A stretch of 64,000 nucleotides of DNA from Octopus sinensis (Eukaryota): NCBI RefSeq assembly GCF_006345805.1, contig NC_042999.1, forward strand, positions 22,630,001 to 22,694,000, in the 5' to 3' direction. The notes under the pieces were generated by a model that saw only the letters and a list, made by a program, of their open reading frames with translations, had not been told where the DNA came from and did not search any database. Shown piece by piece: positions 24,601-36,230 of the stretch. Made by a program: the position numbers and the translations under genes. Each line of letters starts with the position of its first letter. Positions within the stretch are counted from its first letter, which is position 1.

Positions 24601-25087
24601 TCTTACTACTAATCTGGGTGTCTTCAGATAAAATATATATTCTTTTTATTTTTTACTTGTTTCGGTCATTAGTTGAAGAAATCGACCCCAGGACTTATTC
24701 TATTTTTTAAGCTTACTACTTATTCTGTCCCCCTCTTTTGCAGGACTTCAAGTTTCTGTTATCAAATATATGGTGAACGCCATGCTTCTTCAGTTGTTTT
24801 GCTGAGCTGCTAAGTTATGGAAATGCAAACACACCAACATCGGTTGTCAGCCAATGGTGGTGGGGACAAACAGACAGACAGACACACACACATAAAAATT
24901 CAATTTTGGGGGATTAATCGATATGCGGGTATTCTATTTCAGATAATACAAAAATAATCTAATGAGTATATCTGACAGTAAACTTGTGGTATCAGTTTGC
25001 ACATCACGAAATAATACTTAAAGGATATAACCTAAATTACCAGCAGGGTATATAATATACTTTGTTAATTATATCCAACTTTAGTTA

Positions 25088-25487
25088 ATCATCATCATCA
25101 TCATCGTTTAACGTCCGCTTTTCATGGGTTGGACAATTTTGACTGAGGGCTGGCGAACCAGATGGCTGCACCAGGCTCCAATCTTGATCTGGCGGAGTTT
25201 CTACAGCTGGATGCCCTTCCTAACGCCAACCACTCTGAGAGTGTATTGGGTGCTTTTTACGTGCCACTGGCACGGGGGCCAGTCAGGCGGTACTGGCAAT
25301 GACCTTGCTCGAATCTTTTTACGCATGCCACCGGCACAGGTACCATTAAGGCGACGCTGGTAACGATCACGCTTGAATGGTGCCCTTTTACGTGCGGTGC
25401 CCTTTTACGTGCGGTGCCCTTTTACGTGCCACCGGCATTGAAGCCAGTTAGCCGCTCTGGCAATGATTACGCTTGGATGGTGCGTAT
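25088..25487 (-). mobile_element. RTE 3'-UTR-type truncated copy
   Basis: (CAT)n CGTTTAACGTCCGC...TGCCCTTCCTAACGCCAAC plus 61-bp-type repeats. Confidence 0.85.
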
Positions 25488-25699
25488 TAAATATAAAGGA
25501 ACTACACGTGTTTCAGTATTGGAAGATTACAATGTATATATATATATATATTAATATTGAATTTTATCAGATACTTTGTATATTTATAGATAAGTATATA
25601 AATATACGATAAATAAGACCCCAAAGCACGATATGGAGATGCATATAACGCTGAAGGGTTGCACCTGATTGATTTGGAAATTTGTTTTCCCAAATTATT

Positions 25700-26125
25700 T
25701 CATCATCATCATCATCATCATCGTTTAACGTCTGCTTTCCATGCTAGCATGGGTTGGATGGTTCAACTGGGGTCTGGGAAGCCCGAAGGCTGCACCAGGA
25801 TAGTCAGATCTGGCAGTGTTTCTACAGCTGGATGCCCTTCCTAATGCCAACCACTCCGTGAGTGTAGTGGGGGATTTTTATGTGCCACGACACAGGTGCC
25901 AGACGAGGCTGGTGAACGGCCATGCTCGGATGGTGCTTTTTATGTGCCACCGACACAGGTGCCAGACGAGGCCTGCGAACGGCCACGCTCGGATAGTGTT
26001 TTTTATGTGCCACCGACACAGGTGCCAGACGAGGCTGGTGAACAGCCATGTTCGGATGGTGTTTTTTATGTGCCACCAACACAGGTGCCAGACGAGGCTG
26101 GCACGGCCACGATCGGATAGTGTTT
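25700..26125 (-). mobile_element. RTE 3'-UTR-type truncated copy with about four 61-bp repeats
   Basis: Reverse complement of 5160-5530. Confidence 0.9.
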
Positions 26126-26346
26126 GTTATGAGCCCGTACCTATGAGTATGTTTGAGCGGAAATGTGTGTTTGTGTGTTTGTGTGTTCGTCCCTCATGTA
26201 TATGCAGTTTCATTCTTACATAACTGAAATAACTTTAAGATATATTGATTTTATAAATTACAACATTACTCCTCTTATAACTTTCTCATATCTCTGTTAT
26301 ATATTATCTAATATGAATAATATAATGCATCTAATAATAATAAATC

Positions 26347-26581
26347 CTTATTCAGGGACCTTTTGAGTGGAATGGGTTACTCGACCAGAAGAAAATTCTA
26401 ACTGGGCCCCATCTGCAAGGTCATAAGCTGTTTATCATAATATGAGACCACCATGTTGCGCACATATGGTTGTGATGCATGTGCCTGGTCTACCCTTATC
26501 AGACGGGTAATCATGATGGGTATACTGGGCTTCATATATTGTACCCCAGTGCCACTTTGATGGCATGCACTGCTCTCACTC
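26347..26581 (+). repeat. Partial copy of the ~554-bp (TAA)n-embedded family D
   Basis: Reverse complement of 44192-44430; ends CACTGCTCTCACTC(AAT)n. Confidence 0.85.
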
Positions 26582-26742
26582 AATAATAATAATAATTGAT
26601 TCTTGTGTATGTTTATACATGCAAATATGTATGTACATTTAAGTGTAGGTATATGTATATGTATGTATATGTATAAGTATGTATATGTGTGTGTATTTAA
26701 TGTGAAGTTTTTTCTTCGTCTTTTTCCACTTTTATTAGCACT

Positions 26743-27060
26743 ATGAGTAAAAACGTTACAATCCCATCTGAGAACAAGCAAGGTGATTGCCCTGGAGTGC
26801 TGACTGGAGATCCAGCAAAGACAAAACGGGGCCTCATTGTTCTCCAAGAATGGTGGGGAATGAACCAACAAATTCAAGATGAAGCTGCTGACTTAGCTTC
26901 AAGAGGGCCATTTGTTACCCTAGTTCCTGACCTGTATCGTGGTAAGCTGGCAACTGATAATGAGGAAGCTGGTCATCTGATGAACAACCTTGACTGGGAA
27001 GGTGCCATTCAAGATATTCAGGGATGTGCCAAGTACTTACTTAATTTAGGATGTAAGAAG
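26743..27060 (+). CDS. Dienelactone hydrolase-family (carboxymethylenebutenolidase/Usf-like) hydrolase, coding exon 1 (aa 1-106)
   Basis: Acceptor TTTTATTAG ends 26738, ATG 26743. Motifs GLIVLQEWWG (E36) and LVPDLYRG. Donor AAG|GTGAGC at 27060/27061, phase 0. Confidence 0.92.
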
Positions 27061-27239
27061 GTGAGCAAAGTCTATTGTTTTTTACTGTCTCATCCAAAGA
27101 GAATGACCATTGTCCATTCCCTACAGAATCTCTGTTGTTTAACCCTAGGTCAATCCATTATGAACAGGCATATGATGTATACCTATCAATTATTATACCA
27201 AGGACTACATTGTCTAATGGGTCCTTCCTTTTAAGACGT

Positions 27240-28218
27240 GTGTGTTTCTACAGCTAGATGCCCTTCCTAATGCCAACCACTCCGAGAGTGTAGTGGGTGC
27301 TTTTACGTGCCACTGGCATGAGGGCCAGTCAGGTGGTACTGGCAGTGGCTATGCTCAAATGTTGTTTTTTACGTGTCACCTGCACAGGAGCCAGTCCAGC
27401 GGCACTGGCAATGACCTCACTCAAATGTTTTTTCGCATGCCAGTAAGGCGACGCTGGTAACGACCATGCTTGAATGGTGCTTTTTACATTTTACTAAATT
27501 CTTTGTTATTTTCAAAATTAATTTAAACAATTAGCTGGAAAATGAGACCCCAAAGTATTGAAACATGGTAACGAAAGGTTTAAGTAGTCAAGAACAGAAA
27601 ATTGGCATGGTTGTGTTGCTAAGAAGTTTGTTTCCCAACTATACGGTTTTGGCATCAGTTTCAACTGTGTTGCATTTTGGACAAGTGTCTTCTACTATAG
27701 CCCTTGGCTGACCAAATCTTGTGAATGAATTTGGTTTATGGAAATTGAAAGAAACCTGTAATATGTGTGTGTGTGTGTGTGTGCTTGTATCTCCTTGTCC
27801 AGACATTGCATGATTGTTGTAACAGAATGTCACTGTCATACAAGCATTGTCCATTCATCATCATCATCATCATCGTTTACCGTCCATTTTCCATGCTAGC
27901 ATGGGTTGGACGATTTGACTGAGGACTGGTGAACCAGATGGCTGCACCAGGCTCCAATCTTGATCTGGCAGAGTTTCTTCAGCTGGATGCCCTTCCTAAC
28001 GTCAACCACTCCGTGAGTGTAGTGGGTGCTTTTTATGTGCCAGGGGAGGCTGGCAACAGCCACGATTGGTTGGTGGTTTTTACGTGCCACCAACATGGAA
28101 GCCAGTCAAGGCGGCACTAGTATTGGCCATGTACGGATGGTGCTTTTTATGTGCCAGGGGAGGCTGGCAACGGCCACGAACGGTTGGTGCCTTTTACGTG
28201 CCACCGGCACGGAACATG
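27240..28218 (-). mobile_element. Intronic repeats: two antisense RTE-3'UTR-type copies (27240-27485, 27855-28218) and a decayed SINE A (~27603-27850, +)
   Basis: TGCCCTTCCTAA..CCAACCACTCC motifs, (CAT)n tail and SINE body ACAAGTGTCTTCTACTATAGCC. Confidence 0.8.
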
Positions 28219-28521
28219 CCACATTTTCAATATTCTGTAAGAATGTGTCTGACTTTGGTGAAATATTACATTGCTTGGAAATTGGTGAGGGTTGGCAACA
28301 GGAAGATGTCTAAAGAACATCTGCTTTAATAAACTTCATCTGATCCATGCAAACATAGAGGTGTGGACATGAAAGTGATGATAACACCGGCTGTTATGAC
28401 TTACTGCATATTTTTTTGTAACTGCTTCTCCTTACCTGACCATTTTAACCTTATTTGTTTTTTTGCAGAATTCTAATGAAAATTTCAGCATTAATTAATT
28501 CAAATTTTATTTGATTGGCAG

Positions 28522-28887
28522 ATTGGTGTCACTGGGTTTTGCATGGGTGGAGCCCTGGCCTTTGCTTCTGCTGTCCGTGTACCAGAAATCAACGCTTCTG
28601 CACCCTTTTATGGAATTCCTGGTGAAGCTATTGCAGATGTAACGAAGATCAAGATTCCTCTGCAGTGCCATTTTGGTAAAAACGACAACGTGGTTGGTTT
28701 CTCATCTCCAGTCGAACAGGAGGCTGTCCGCAAGAAGCTAGATAATGCTAAAGTAAAACATGAATTCCATGTTTATGATGCTGGGCATGCGTTTACCAAT
28801 ACTACATCGCCAGGATTTCACAAGGAATCATGTGACCTTGCCCTTGGTCGTTTAATTAAATTTATGAATGAGAACTTACAAGCATGA
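28522..28887 (+). CDS. Dienelactone hydrolase-family hydrolase, coding exon 2 (aa 107-227)
   Basis: GGCAG|ATT GGT GTC ACT GGG TTT TGC ATG GGT GGA gives IGVTGFCMGG (nucleophile Cys113), HFGKND (acid), YDAGHAF (His). In frame with exon 1; TGA ends 28887. Confidence 0.92.
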   Translation: MGVTGFCMGGALAFASAVRVPEINASAPFYGIPGEAIADVTKIKIPLQCHFGKNDNVVGFSSPVEQEAVRKKLDNAKVKHEFHVYDAGHAFTNTTSPGFHKESCDLALGRLIKFMNENLQA

Positions 28888-29488
28888 AATGTGCATTATA
28901 TACAATAACATATACACAGGTATTTTATACAAAAGTCTGAAATTAAATTCGCTCATCAAAAGTTGATAGTATTATTGGTCTTAAGAGTATAATACTTTTA
29001 TTTTCTTTAAAACTAGCATGTATATTTTTTTATTATTATTATAGTTGATAATTCTTTATGCAAAATTCCAAAATGTGTAGACCTTTGAAATCCAAGATTT
29101 TTCTTAAATGTTAGACAAGATACCACAAAAGGAAAATTCCAGAGAGCACTTTGAAGGATCCTTGAAAATAAGCATTTGTGAGCTCTGTATCAAGTTGAAC
29201 TGTTGGCCCTTGGGAATAACATTACCTGTTCTGGGCTGGGTAAAACAGTTATAAGCAGATTGCTCAGATGCTTAAGAAAAGTACCCAATACAAACTGTAA
29301 AGTGGTTGGTGTTAGAAGGGCGTCCAGCTATAGAAACCATGGCAAAATAGCCCTTGGATCATGATGACCCTGGACCCATTGTATTCTGTCAAACCGATGC
29401 TAGCATGGAATTATGGATATTAAATGGTGATGATTCTCAAAGTGATGCTGTTACATGTGCAAACTACCTTCACCATCTTCATCATATA

Positions 29489-29732
29489 TCTATTATATAA
29501 AATCCATTCTGTCTGTCTGTGTGTGTGTGTCTTCTAGGATCTCGGGCATCCTCCATCCAATTGCGCTCAAATTTGATATGTAGATACCGATGGTATCAGG
29601 GCGTGTATAAGTCTTGAAAAATTTACAAAAATCGATTCCAGGTGAGAATGCGATCAATAAAGTCGTGGGAACGTGCATTTGTACACGCAATTACATCAGC
29701 ACTGTCCATTGGATTGGGGGCATTTTGCTCGT
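29489..29732 (+). mobile_element. Non-autonomous Helitron-like element
   Basis: 5' TCTATTATATAAAA followed by a (TCTG)n/(TG)n tract; 3' end GCTCGT resembles degenerate GCTAGT. Confidence 0.4.
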
Positions 29733-29753
29733 ATATAATATATATATATTCAA

Positions 29754-29840
29754 AATAAGCACGATTGTTTCGTACTACATCATTTTATTAAATGTAAGTA
29801 TTACAACAGATTTAACATGCTGAGTACTCATCAGCCAATT
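29754..29840 (-). ncRNA. Degenerate type I hammerhead-like motif with extended helix II
   Basis: Minus strand: AAUUGG CUGAUGA GUAC[long pairable insert]GUAC GAAA C-AAUC-G UG CUUAUU. The cleavage triplet is GUG, which is non-canonical. Confidence 0.5.
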
Positions 29841-30011
29841 ATAGAGGTTTTCCTATATATATATATATATATACATACACACACACACATACGAATGAGT
29901 AGATAAATGAAAGTTGGGCACTCAACATATTTATTGAGAGTTACATGTATAGACAAAAATAGTTTGCTTCAAATTCTTTGGTACTCAGAGTTTGAATGAA
30001 ACTGCTTTGAT

Positions 30012-30057
<46 letters not shown>

Positions 30058-30586
30058 CATATATATATATATGTATATGAAAGCTGTATTGTGAAATGTA
30101 AAAGAGGAACCTGTTTAGAATTGGATCCCATTTCCAAGTTGTTCTCTTTTATGTATCATTCTGAAACACTTTGGTGGCAAGGATTTTCGAATAAGATTCA
30201 TCAACCATATTTGCAAAAAAAAAAATAGGGAAATGATCTGTGCTGTTTAATTAATATTATATTAATTTTTCGATTTGAAATAATTTACAACTTTATTCTT
30301 TCTTTTCTGTATAAGATATCAAATATTCAATAAAATTTGAAAAAAATAAATAATTAAAAATTGCTTTTCTTTTGATGTTGTATTTCAATTTATATTTTGA
30401 ATTGTGCTTATTTAATTACTGAGATTCTGGTGCAGGCATGGCTGTGTGGTTAACATACTTGCTTCCCAGACATGTGGTTGTAGGTTCAATCCCACTGCAT
30501 GATACCTCGGGCAAGTATCTTGGGCTGATCAGAGCCATGTGAATGGATTTGGTAGAAAGAAACTGAAAAAATTTCAGTTATGTATG

Positions 30587-30644
<58 letters not shown>

Positions 30645-30760
30645 TATGACTTCATTAAAATGGGTATGGGTCTCTCTCACTCTTTCTCTCTCTCTTGCTT
30701 GCTCTCTCTCTCTCTCTCTCTCTCTTGCTTGCTCTCTCTCTCTCTCTCTCTCTCTTGCTT

Positions 30761-30826
<66 letters not shown>

Positions 30827-30962
30827 GGAGTGGCTGTGTGTGGTAAGTAGCTTGCTTACCAACCATACGGTTCTGGGTTCATTCCCACTGCATGGCACCT
30901 CGGGCCGACCAAAGCCTTGTGAGTGGATTTGGTAGACGGAAACTGAAAGAAGCCCGTTGTAT

Positions 30963-31848
30963 GTTAGTTAGTTAGTTAGTTAATCTTTTGGCTCAAAAAG
31001 CAAAAAGCAAGGCCATGTAGGGGGACATGGAGTTAAGTACAGGGTGGTGTTCCTGTAAAGAATTCAGGCCATTTGTGGTCAAGGGAGACTTTGAACCGAG
31101 CGGTCGTCGGCATCTTCACTATCTCGTCCGGCAGCTTATTCCACGGAACCGCAACCCGGACGGAGAAAGCCCCTCTCCTTCGATTGAAATGAAATCGTCG
31201 CAGATAGAGCTTTTCGGAGTGACCCCGCAGCCGACGTTCTGGAGCAGGAGTGAAGAACAGCTCTTTCGAGAGGTTACACTTTCTGCTTATGATGTTGTGA
31301 GCAAGAATGAGATCACCACGGAGTCGTCGTTTTTCTAGAGAATAAAGGTCGAGTGTCTTCAGCCTTTCTTCATAAGACAAATGCTTGAGACCAAGAACCA
31401 TGCGGGTAGCCAGCTTCTGGACTCTTTCGAGATGTTGTATGTCTTTGAGGAGATAAGAAGAGGCTTGAATCCGTACTCCGATAGGAATATGACTGCTGTG
31501 AGCATTCCGAATGACCGTCGAATCAAGAACAGAACTCCGCGTGCTTTGTTGGCAGCATGGACGCACTGGGCCGAAGGCGAAAAGGAAGAATCCACCAAGA
31601 TACCCAGGTCCTTTACCTGGTCCGTCCTCTCCAGCAGCAGACAACCCGGCTCGAAATCAAGTTGAGTTGCAGGAGAAGAGCCAACAGGCTGATGATAGCA
31701 CTTTGACACGTTCAGACACAGGTCCCATTCGTTAGACCATCTCCAAACTTGGTGGAGGCATCGACGAAGATCCTCTATATCACCGCGAGGAGCGACCAGG
31801 CTGACATCATCGGCAAATAGAAGGGTGTGTTGCATAAGGTCGTCGGGC
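30963..31848 (-). mobile_element. CR1-clade LINE 3' fragment nested in a SINE A (30826-30962, 31850-32075)
   Basis: LLFADD, VKDLGI, LERVQKLATR, LEKRRLRGDLI, WNKLP motifs; (TAAC)n tail. Confidence 0.92.
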
Positions 31849-32799
31849 AAGTGTGTGTGGGTGTGTGTGTGTATATATGTTTGTGACTGTGTTTGTCCCC
31901 CCAATATCGCTTGACAACCGATGGTGGTGTGTTTATGTCCCCGTAACTTAGCGGTTCGGCAAAAGTGACTGATAGAATAAATACTAGACTTACAAAGAAT
32001 AAATCCTAGGGTCGATTTGCTCGACTAAAGGCAGTGCTCCATTATGGCTGCAATCAAATGACTGAAACAAGTGTAAAGAGAAAAAATATATATATAATGT
32101 GTATATGTTTGTATGAGTATATATTTCCCTTGTCTTTACATGTGTTCACTGGTTGTGAATAATGACCTCACAGACTCATTTACTTTCAGTCCTTGGCAAA
32201 AGCATGTCCAAGCTTGATGTTTCACAATATTTGTAAGCAAAACTAAAAAAAAAGCGAATTTGTAGTAAACATATCAGGGTTGTTGTTCAATAGACTGGGA
32301 CATTATTACTTTGATTGTAAACAGGCAAGGGATGGCATTCAGCAGTAGAAGCAGTCTGAATGCACTCTTGTTTGACCCATGCAAGCACGAAAAAGTAGAC
32401 ACAAAAGTAGACACAAAATCGAAAGGGTTAATCCACTTCCTGCAAATTTCAGATTTTTTGCTTATATATATATGTAACGATAAAGTTTGTTGTTATAACA
32501 GCATATTGTAGGATGAGAAAGCTGATTTAAGGGAATTTGGCTGCCATTTCTAGCAGGTCAATTCAGCTGCCGGTGTGCGGCGAGTTTCCAGAAATGAAAC
32601 ATTATAAAATACTTCAAAATGCTTATGTAACATTGTATTATTTATTCTTTTACTCTTTTACTTGTTTCAGTCATTTGACTGAGGCCATGCTGGAGCACCG
32701 CCTTTAGTCGAGCAAATCGACCGCAGGATTTATATACATGTATATACATATATATTATGTATATAATATACATCCAGATGTATATTATGTATATAATAT

Positions 32800-33235
32800 A
32801 CATCTGGAAGATCGTAGAAGGACTTGTCCCAAACTTTGGCATCGAGAGTTACACAAATGCTAGAACTGTGCGCCACTGCATGGTGCCAAGGACTCCAAAT
32901 TTGCCATCAAAATGTCGGACAAGATGCTTTGATAGCCTGGGCTCCAGAGGCCCACAGCTCTTCAATATCCTCCCGAAGAACCTGAGAGACCTGCATGGGG
33001 TGGATGTAGATGTCTTTAAAATAAAACTGGATTTCTTCCTGTCAGGTGTCCCAGATGAACCAACTTCACGGCAGGAGGTGCAGATGAGGGCAGCTGCATC
33101 GAACTCTCTCCTGCACCAAATGGCAATTGCTAAAAAGCATTCATGAAGTAATATCATGTAGCAACACCAAATGGTGGTGCCCCAGCATGGCCACAGCTCG
33201 TGAGCTGAAACTAGATAAAATAAATAAAATAAATT
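32800..33235 (+). mobile_element. Second CR1/L2-type LINE 3' end, nested in an antisense SINE A
   Basis: IWKIVEGL...GPQLFNILPKNLR...FKIKLDFFLSGVPDEP...SNSLLHQ, typical of CR1 ORF2 C-termini. Confidence 0.85.
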
Positions 33236-34231
33236 ATATACGACGGGCTTCTTTCATTTGTTTACAAAATAAATCTAAGGTCAAAAAATTGTCAACTTTT
33301 ATTATATTCATTATATATATTATTTCCGCAATAAGTTAATATTACTAAGAAATATTACCGATGCCGGGCATATCGGGGAAAAAAAAAAAAATTGCCGGCA
33401 CCCCACATCAGAAAATTTGAGAGGGAGTTGCCTAGAAAGTCTCTCTCACCGGGTTAGGTTGTTTTCTAAGGGAGAATAATCATGTATAACTAATTTATTT
33501 TGCTGGTACGGTTGTCGATCTAAGGGAAGTAACTTCTGTAGCAATTTTTATTTGGTCTTTTACATTGCCGCCAACTGAAGTAAGAGTGACACCATAAGGA
33601 ATATTTCAGATGATCGCTTGATCTGTGCCAGAAATGTAATATATATATATACATACATATGTATATAATAGAAATATGTTGCAAAAAGAAAATAGAAACT
33701 ACACGTTGAAGTGTAAGGGGAAAGTAAGAAAAATCAACGAAAATGCACATTGTAGATAAAAAAAGAAAAGGCTTTTTATGAAAGGTAACGGCAGATATAT
33801 ACAATTAGATGAACTGAGGTAGGAATAAATGTAATAAAAACCATAAAAGTGATTATTATGAGATTATTAAAGAGATTCCAGTATGCGTTCGCCAACCAAC
33901 TGGCCCGGACGCCGCCGGGCTCGCGCGGACCGAGCCGACCGGGTCACCGCCGCCGCTCCGCAACCACGCCGTATGTATGTGTATGTGTGTGTGTGTGAGA
34001 GTGTATTATGCATACAGACACACATACACCCATATATCTATATCTATATATCTATATATCTATATATATTGGTAAAAACGGTAAGATAACAAAAGAAAGA
34101 AAGAGACCTCAATATTATGTAAATAGAGGCCAGATAACCGAAGAGATGGTGTTGCGGATTTCCACTTCGGCATCTGAAACTCAGAGTTTTATCTTGACTA
34201 TTGAGTAATTGTAACGTATTATTTTATATAT

Positions 34232-34304
<73 letters not shown>

Positions 34305-34444
34305 TAATAATAATAAATATTAGGGAATAAATCCAAATTTACAGGGAAAAATCAGATTTAGGATTGAATCCAATTTTATAGTAAAATATTATATAATATT
34401 AATTAGAGACTTCATAACTTAAAATTGAATAGAAGGTCTGAAAA

Positions 34445-34490
34445 CCACCTGATGAATGTCCTTAGAAGTGACAAGAAACAATTGTAGTGG
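34445..34490 (+). ncRNA. Minimal type I hammerhead ribozyme motif (Penelope-type)
   Basis: CCAC CUGAUGA A UGUC-cuuagaagu-GACA A GAAA C-AAUU-G UA|GUGG: helix I CCAC/GUGG, palindromic helix III ACAAUUGU, GUA triplet. Confidence 0.7.
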
Positions 34491-34614
34491 ATAACTTAAT
34501 TTAATTTATATAAAATAATTTATATAAAATTTTTTATGTATTGGATTAAGTCTTTCTTTGTTTGATTTGCATAATAGTGGTTTTGTCTCTAATTAATATT
34601 ATATATATATATTA

Positions 34615-35020
34615 TATACGATGGATTCTCTTGTATACGACAAATGAGGTGTCAGTAAAATAAAGCGTTAATCATGTTCTATGCTGACAAACGGAACAAG
34701 GTGAGGACTCAGTTTGCTTGAGTTCTTGTGGATCATATACCACGTGTTCTCTTGAGTAGACGCAAGGCCTGCTTTGCTTCATGCCACAAAACCACAATGA
34801 CAAGTAAGGTTTCTATTCAGAGGAGCAGCGTTTTGCATGCAAGCATTTATACTTACACAAAGTTAATCCCAATGCTGGAGTCGACTTTGATCAAATCTTT
34901 GAACCGAGGAGAAGCGGGACTGGCAACACGTCCTGCATTCTGATCAATGTTATCATTGTATCAGGCTTTTGCTGAAGTATCTATTTCGTCTCGACTAAAT
35001 CGTTACCTGGCATCTTAGCG
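34615..35020 (-). mobile_element. Old RTE (BovB-like) 3' relic
   Basis: Minus frame ..QSRLQHWD*..NLTCHCGFVA*SKAGLAS matches the RTE C-terminal C2H2 region. Confidence 0.6.
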
Positions 35021-35559
35021 ATGGATAACAACTAGTAATATAAGAAATACAAGTTCACTAAACTTATAATTTAAGCACATTCTCATATATATTTCGAAAA
35101 TCTCTTTTTGAAAATCTGTGTTATGTTGTCTATATGTTGAAAGACACACAGCACACGCACACTTGAACAGCCAAGAAAATAACTATATGTAATATATAGA
35201 TGATATGACGGACAGACAGATAGGGATAAGCTTCACTTGATGTGACAAGGCCTCAAAATCCTCAGCGCCATCATAGGAAAACTGTAGAAAGAGTTACCTC
35301 TCTTGAGGTGCTAACAGTGTATGAGCGCCCATGTTTTTCTCACCAGATAGCGCGTTCTTGACATTTTCCGCCGATTGCCCATGTTACGTAAGCCAGTTGG
35401 CCCTATTAAGTTGCTGGGACGAATCTTCGTTTCCCTCTAATATTTTTTTGTGGTTTTTACCACAGTAAGTCCATAAGAGATGTTATCTCAGGAGAAATAT
35501 TACAGTACCTGACCTTTCAACAGTGTACATACATTTAGTTTAATATAAAGATGGCTCTC

Positions 35560-35768
35560 TCTCTTTTACTCTTTTACTTGTTTCAGTCATTTGACTGCGG
35601 CCATGCTGGAGCACCGCCTTTAGTTGAGCAAATCGACCCCGGGACTTATTCTTTGTAATCCCAGTACTTATTCTATCGGTCTCTTTTGCCGAACCGCTAA
35701 GTGACGGGGACGTAAACACACCAGCATCGGTTGTCAAGCAATGCTAGGGGACAAACATAGACACACAG

Positions 35769-35825
<57 letters not shown>

Positions 35826-35990
35826 TACGACGGGCTTCTTTCAGTTTCTGCCTACCAAATCCACTCACAAGGCATTGGTTGGCCCGGGGCTATAGCAGAA
35901 GACACTTGCCCAAGATGCCACGCAGTGGGATTGAACCCGGAACCATGTGGTTGGTTAGCAAGCTACTTACCACACAGCCACTCCTGCGCC
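35560..35990 (-). mobile_element. SINE family A, full length
   Basis: Complete head, (TA)n linker and tail. Confidence 0.9.
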
Positions 35991-36230
35991 TATAGCCACT
36001 TGTAATTACATGCTGCTTCAATTGCGCATATCAGATATAAGTTTGCGCGTGTGTATGTATACATACATGCACATACAGGCACACAAACTCACACACAGAG
36101 GCGTAAGTATAGCTATGTTAACAAGCTCGCTTTAAGTTTCAGGTTCGATCCTTCTGTAGGGCATCACTTCTTAAATATACTTGCTGATGTAGCGTGGCTG
36201 TTTTCAGCCATTTTGAAATATGACTATAGT

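Noticed and set aside
33883-33970. HDV-like ribozyme
   Set aside because: P1 candidates exist, but P3/L3, P1.1 and J4/2 could not be placed on either strand.
34856-34940. Minus-strand coding exon (NAGRVASPASPRFKDLIKVDSSIGINF) with GTAAGT donor
   Set aside because: Another frame of the same bases continues into an RTE C-terminal zinc finger, so it is better explained as a LINE relic.
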